This document shows positions 30,501-30,528 of a stretch of DNA of 30,528 nt, one piece after another. The position numbers and the translations under genes were made by a program. The stretch covers positions 1 to 30,528 of the forward strand of contig WFME01000018.1 in NCBI GenBank assembly GCA_020137815.1, given 5' to 3'. This DNA comes from Hormiphora californensis (lineage: Eukaryota > Animalia > Ctenophora). The stretch's first letter is position 1. The number at the start of each line of letters is the position of its first letter. The notes beneath the pieces are model-generated. The model was given only the letters and a program-made list of their open reading frames with translations. It did no database searches and had not been told where the DNA came from.

Positions 30501-30528
30501 CCGTGGCGCCAAAAATGGGCGCCCAAAA

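Overview
This window is eukaryotic, probably invertebrate, and consists almost entirely of transposon-derived sequence. I cannot support any intact host gene, rRNA, functional tRNA or CRISPR array. The only recognisable protein-coding sequence comes from RTE-clade non-LTR retrotransposons: a degenerate minus-strand element (reverse transcriptase, RT, at 1592-2611; APE endonuclease at ~3700-4787) and a young 5'-truncated plus-strand copy (7593-9872; TSD TACCCACCCC; (TAAG)5 tail) whose otherwise open frame is broken by a single 68-bp mini-transposon. That copy lies inside a nest up to six elements deep: Helentron-like > Helitron > Kolobok-like TTAA MITE > Mutator-like foldback > RTE > mini-MITE. 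Most junctions are verifiable by TSDs or by empty-site copies in the same window. The right 12 kb is a mosaic of GGCGCC-rich and TCTAGACG-rich foldback elements inserted into one another. Most short ORFs in the track are artefacts of palindromic or low-complexity repeats. Superfamily names are inferred from termini and TSD length only, because no DNA transposase is present. I found no evidence for a new protein-based system; the novelty lies in element architecture.
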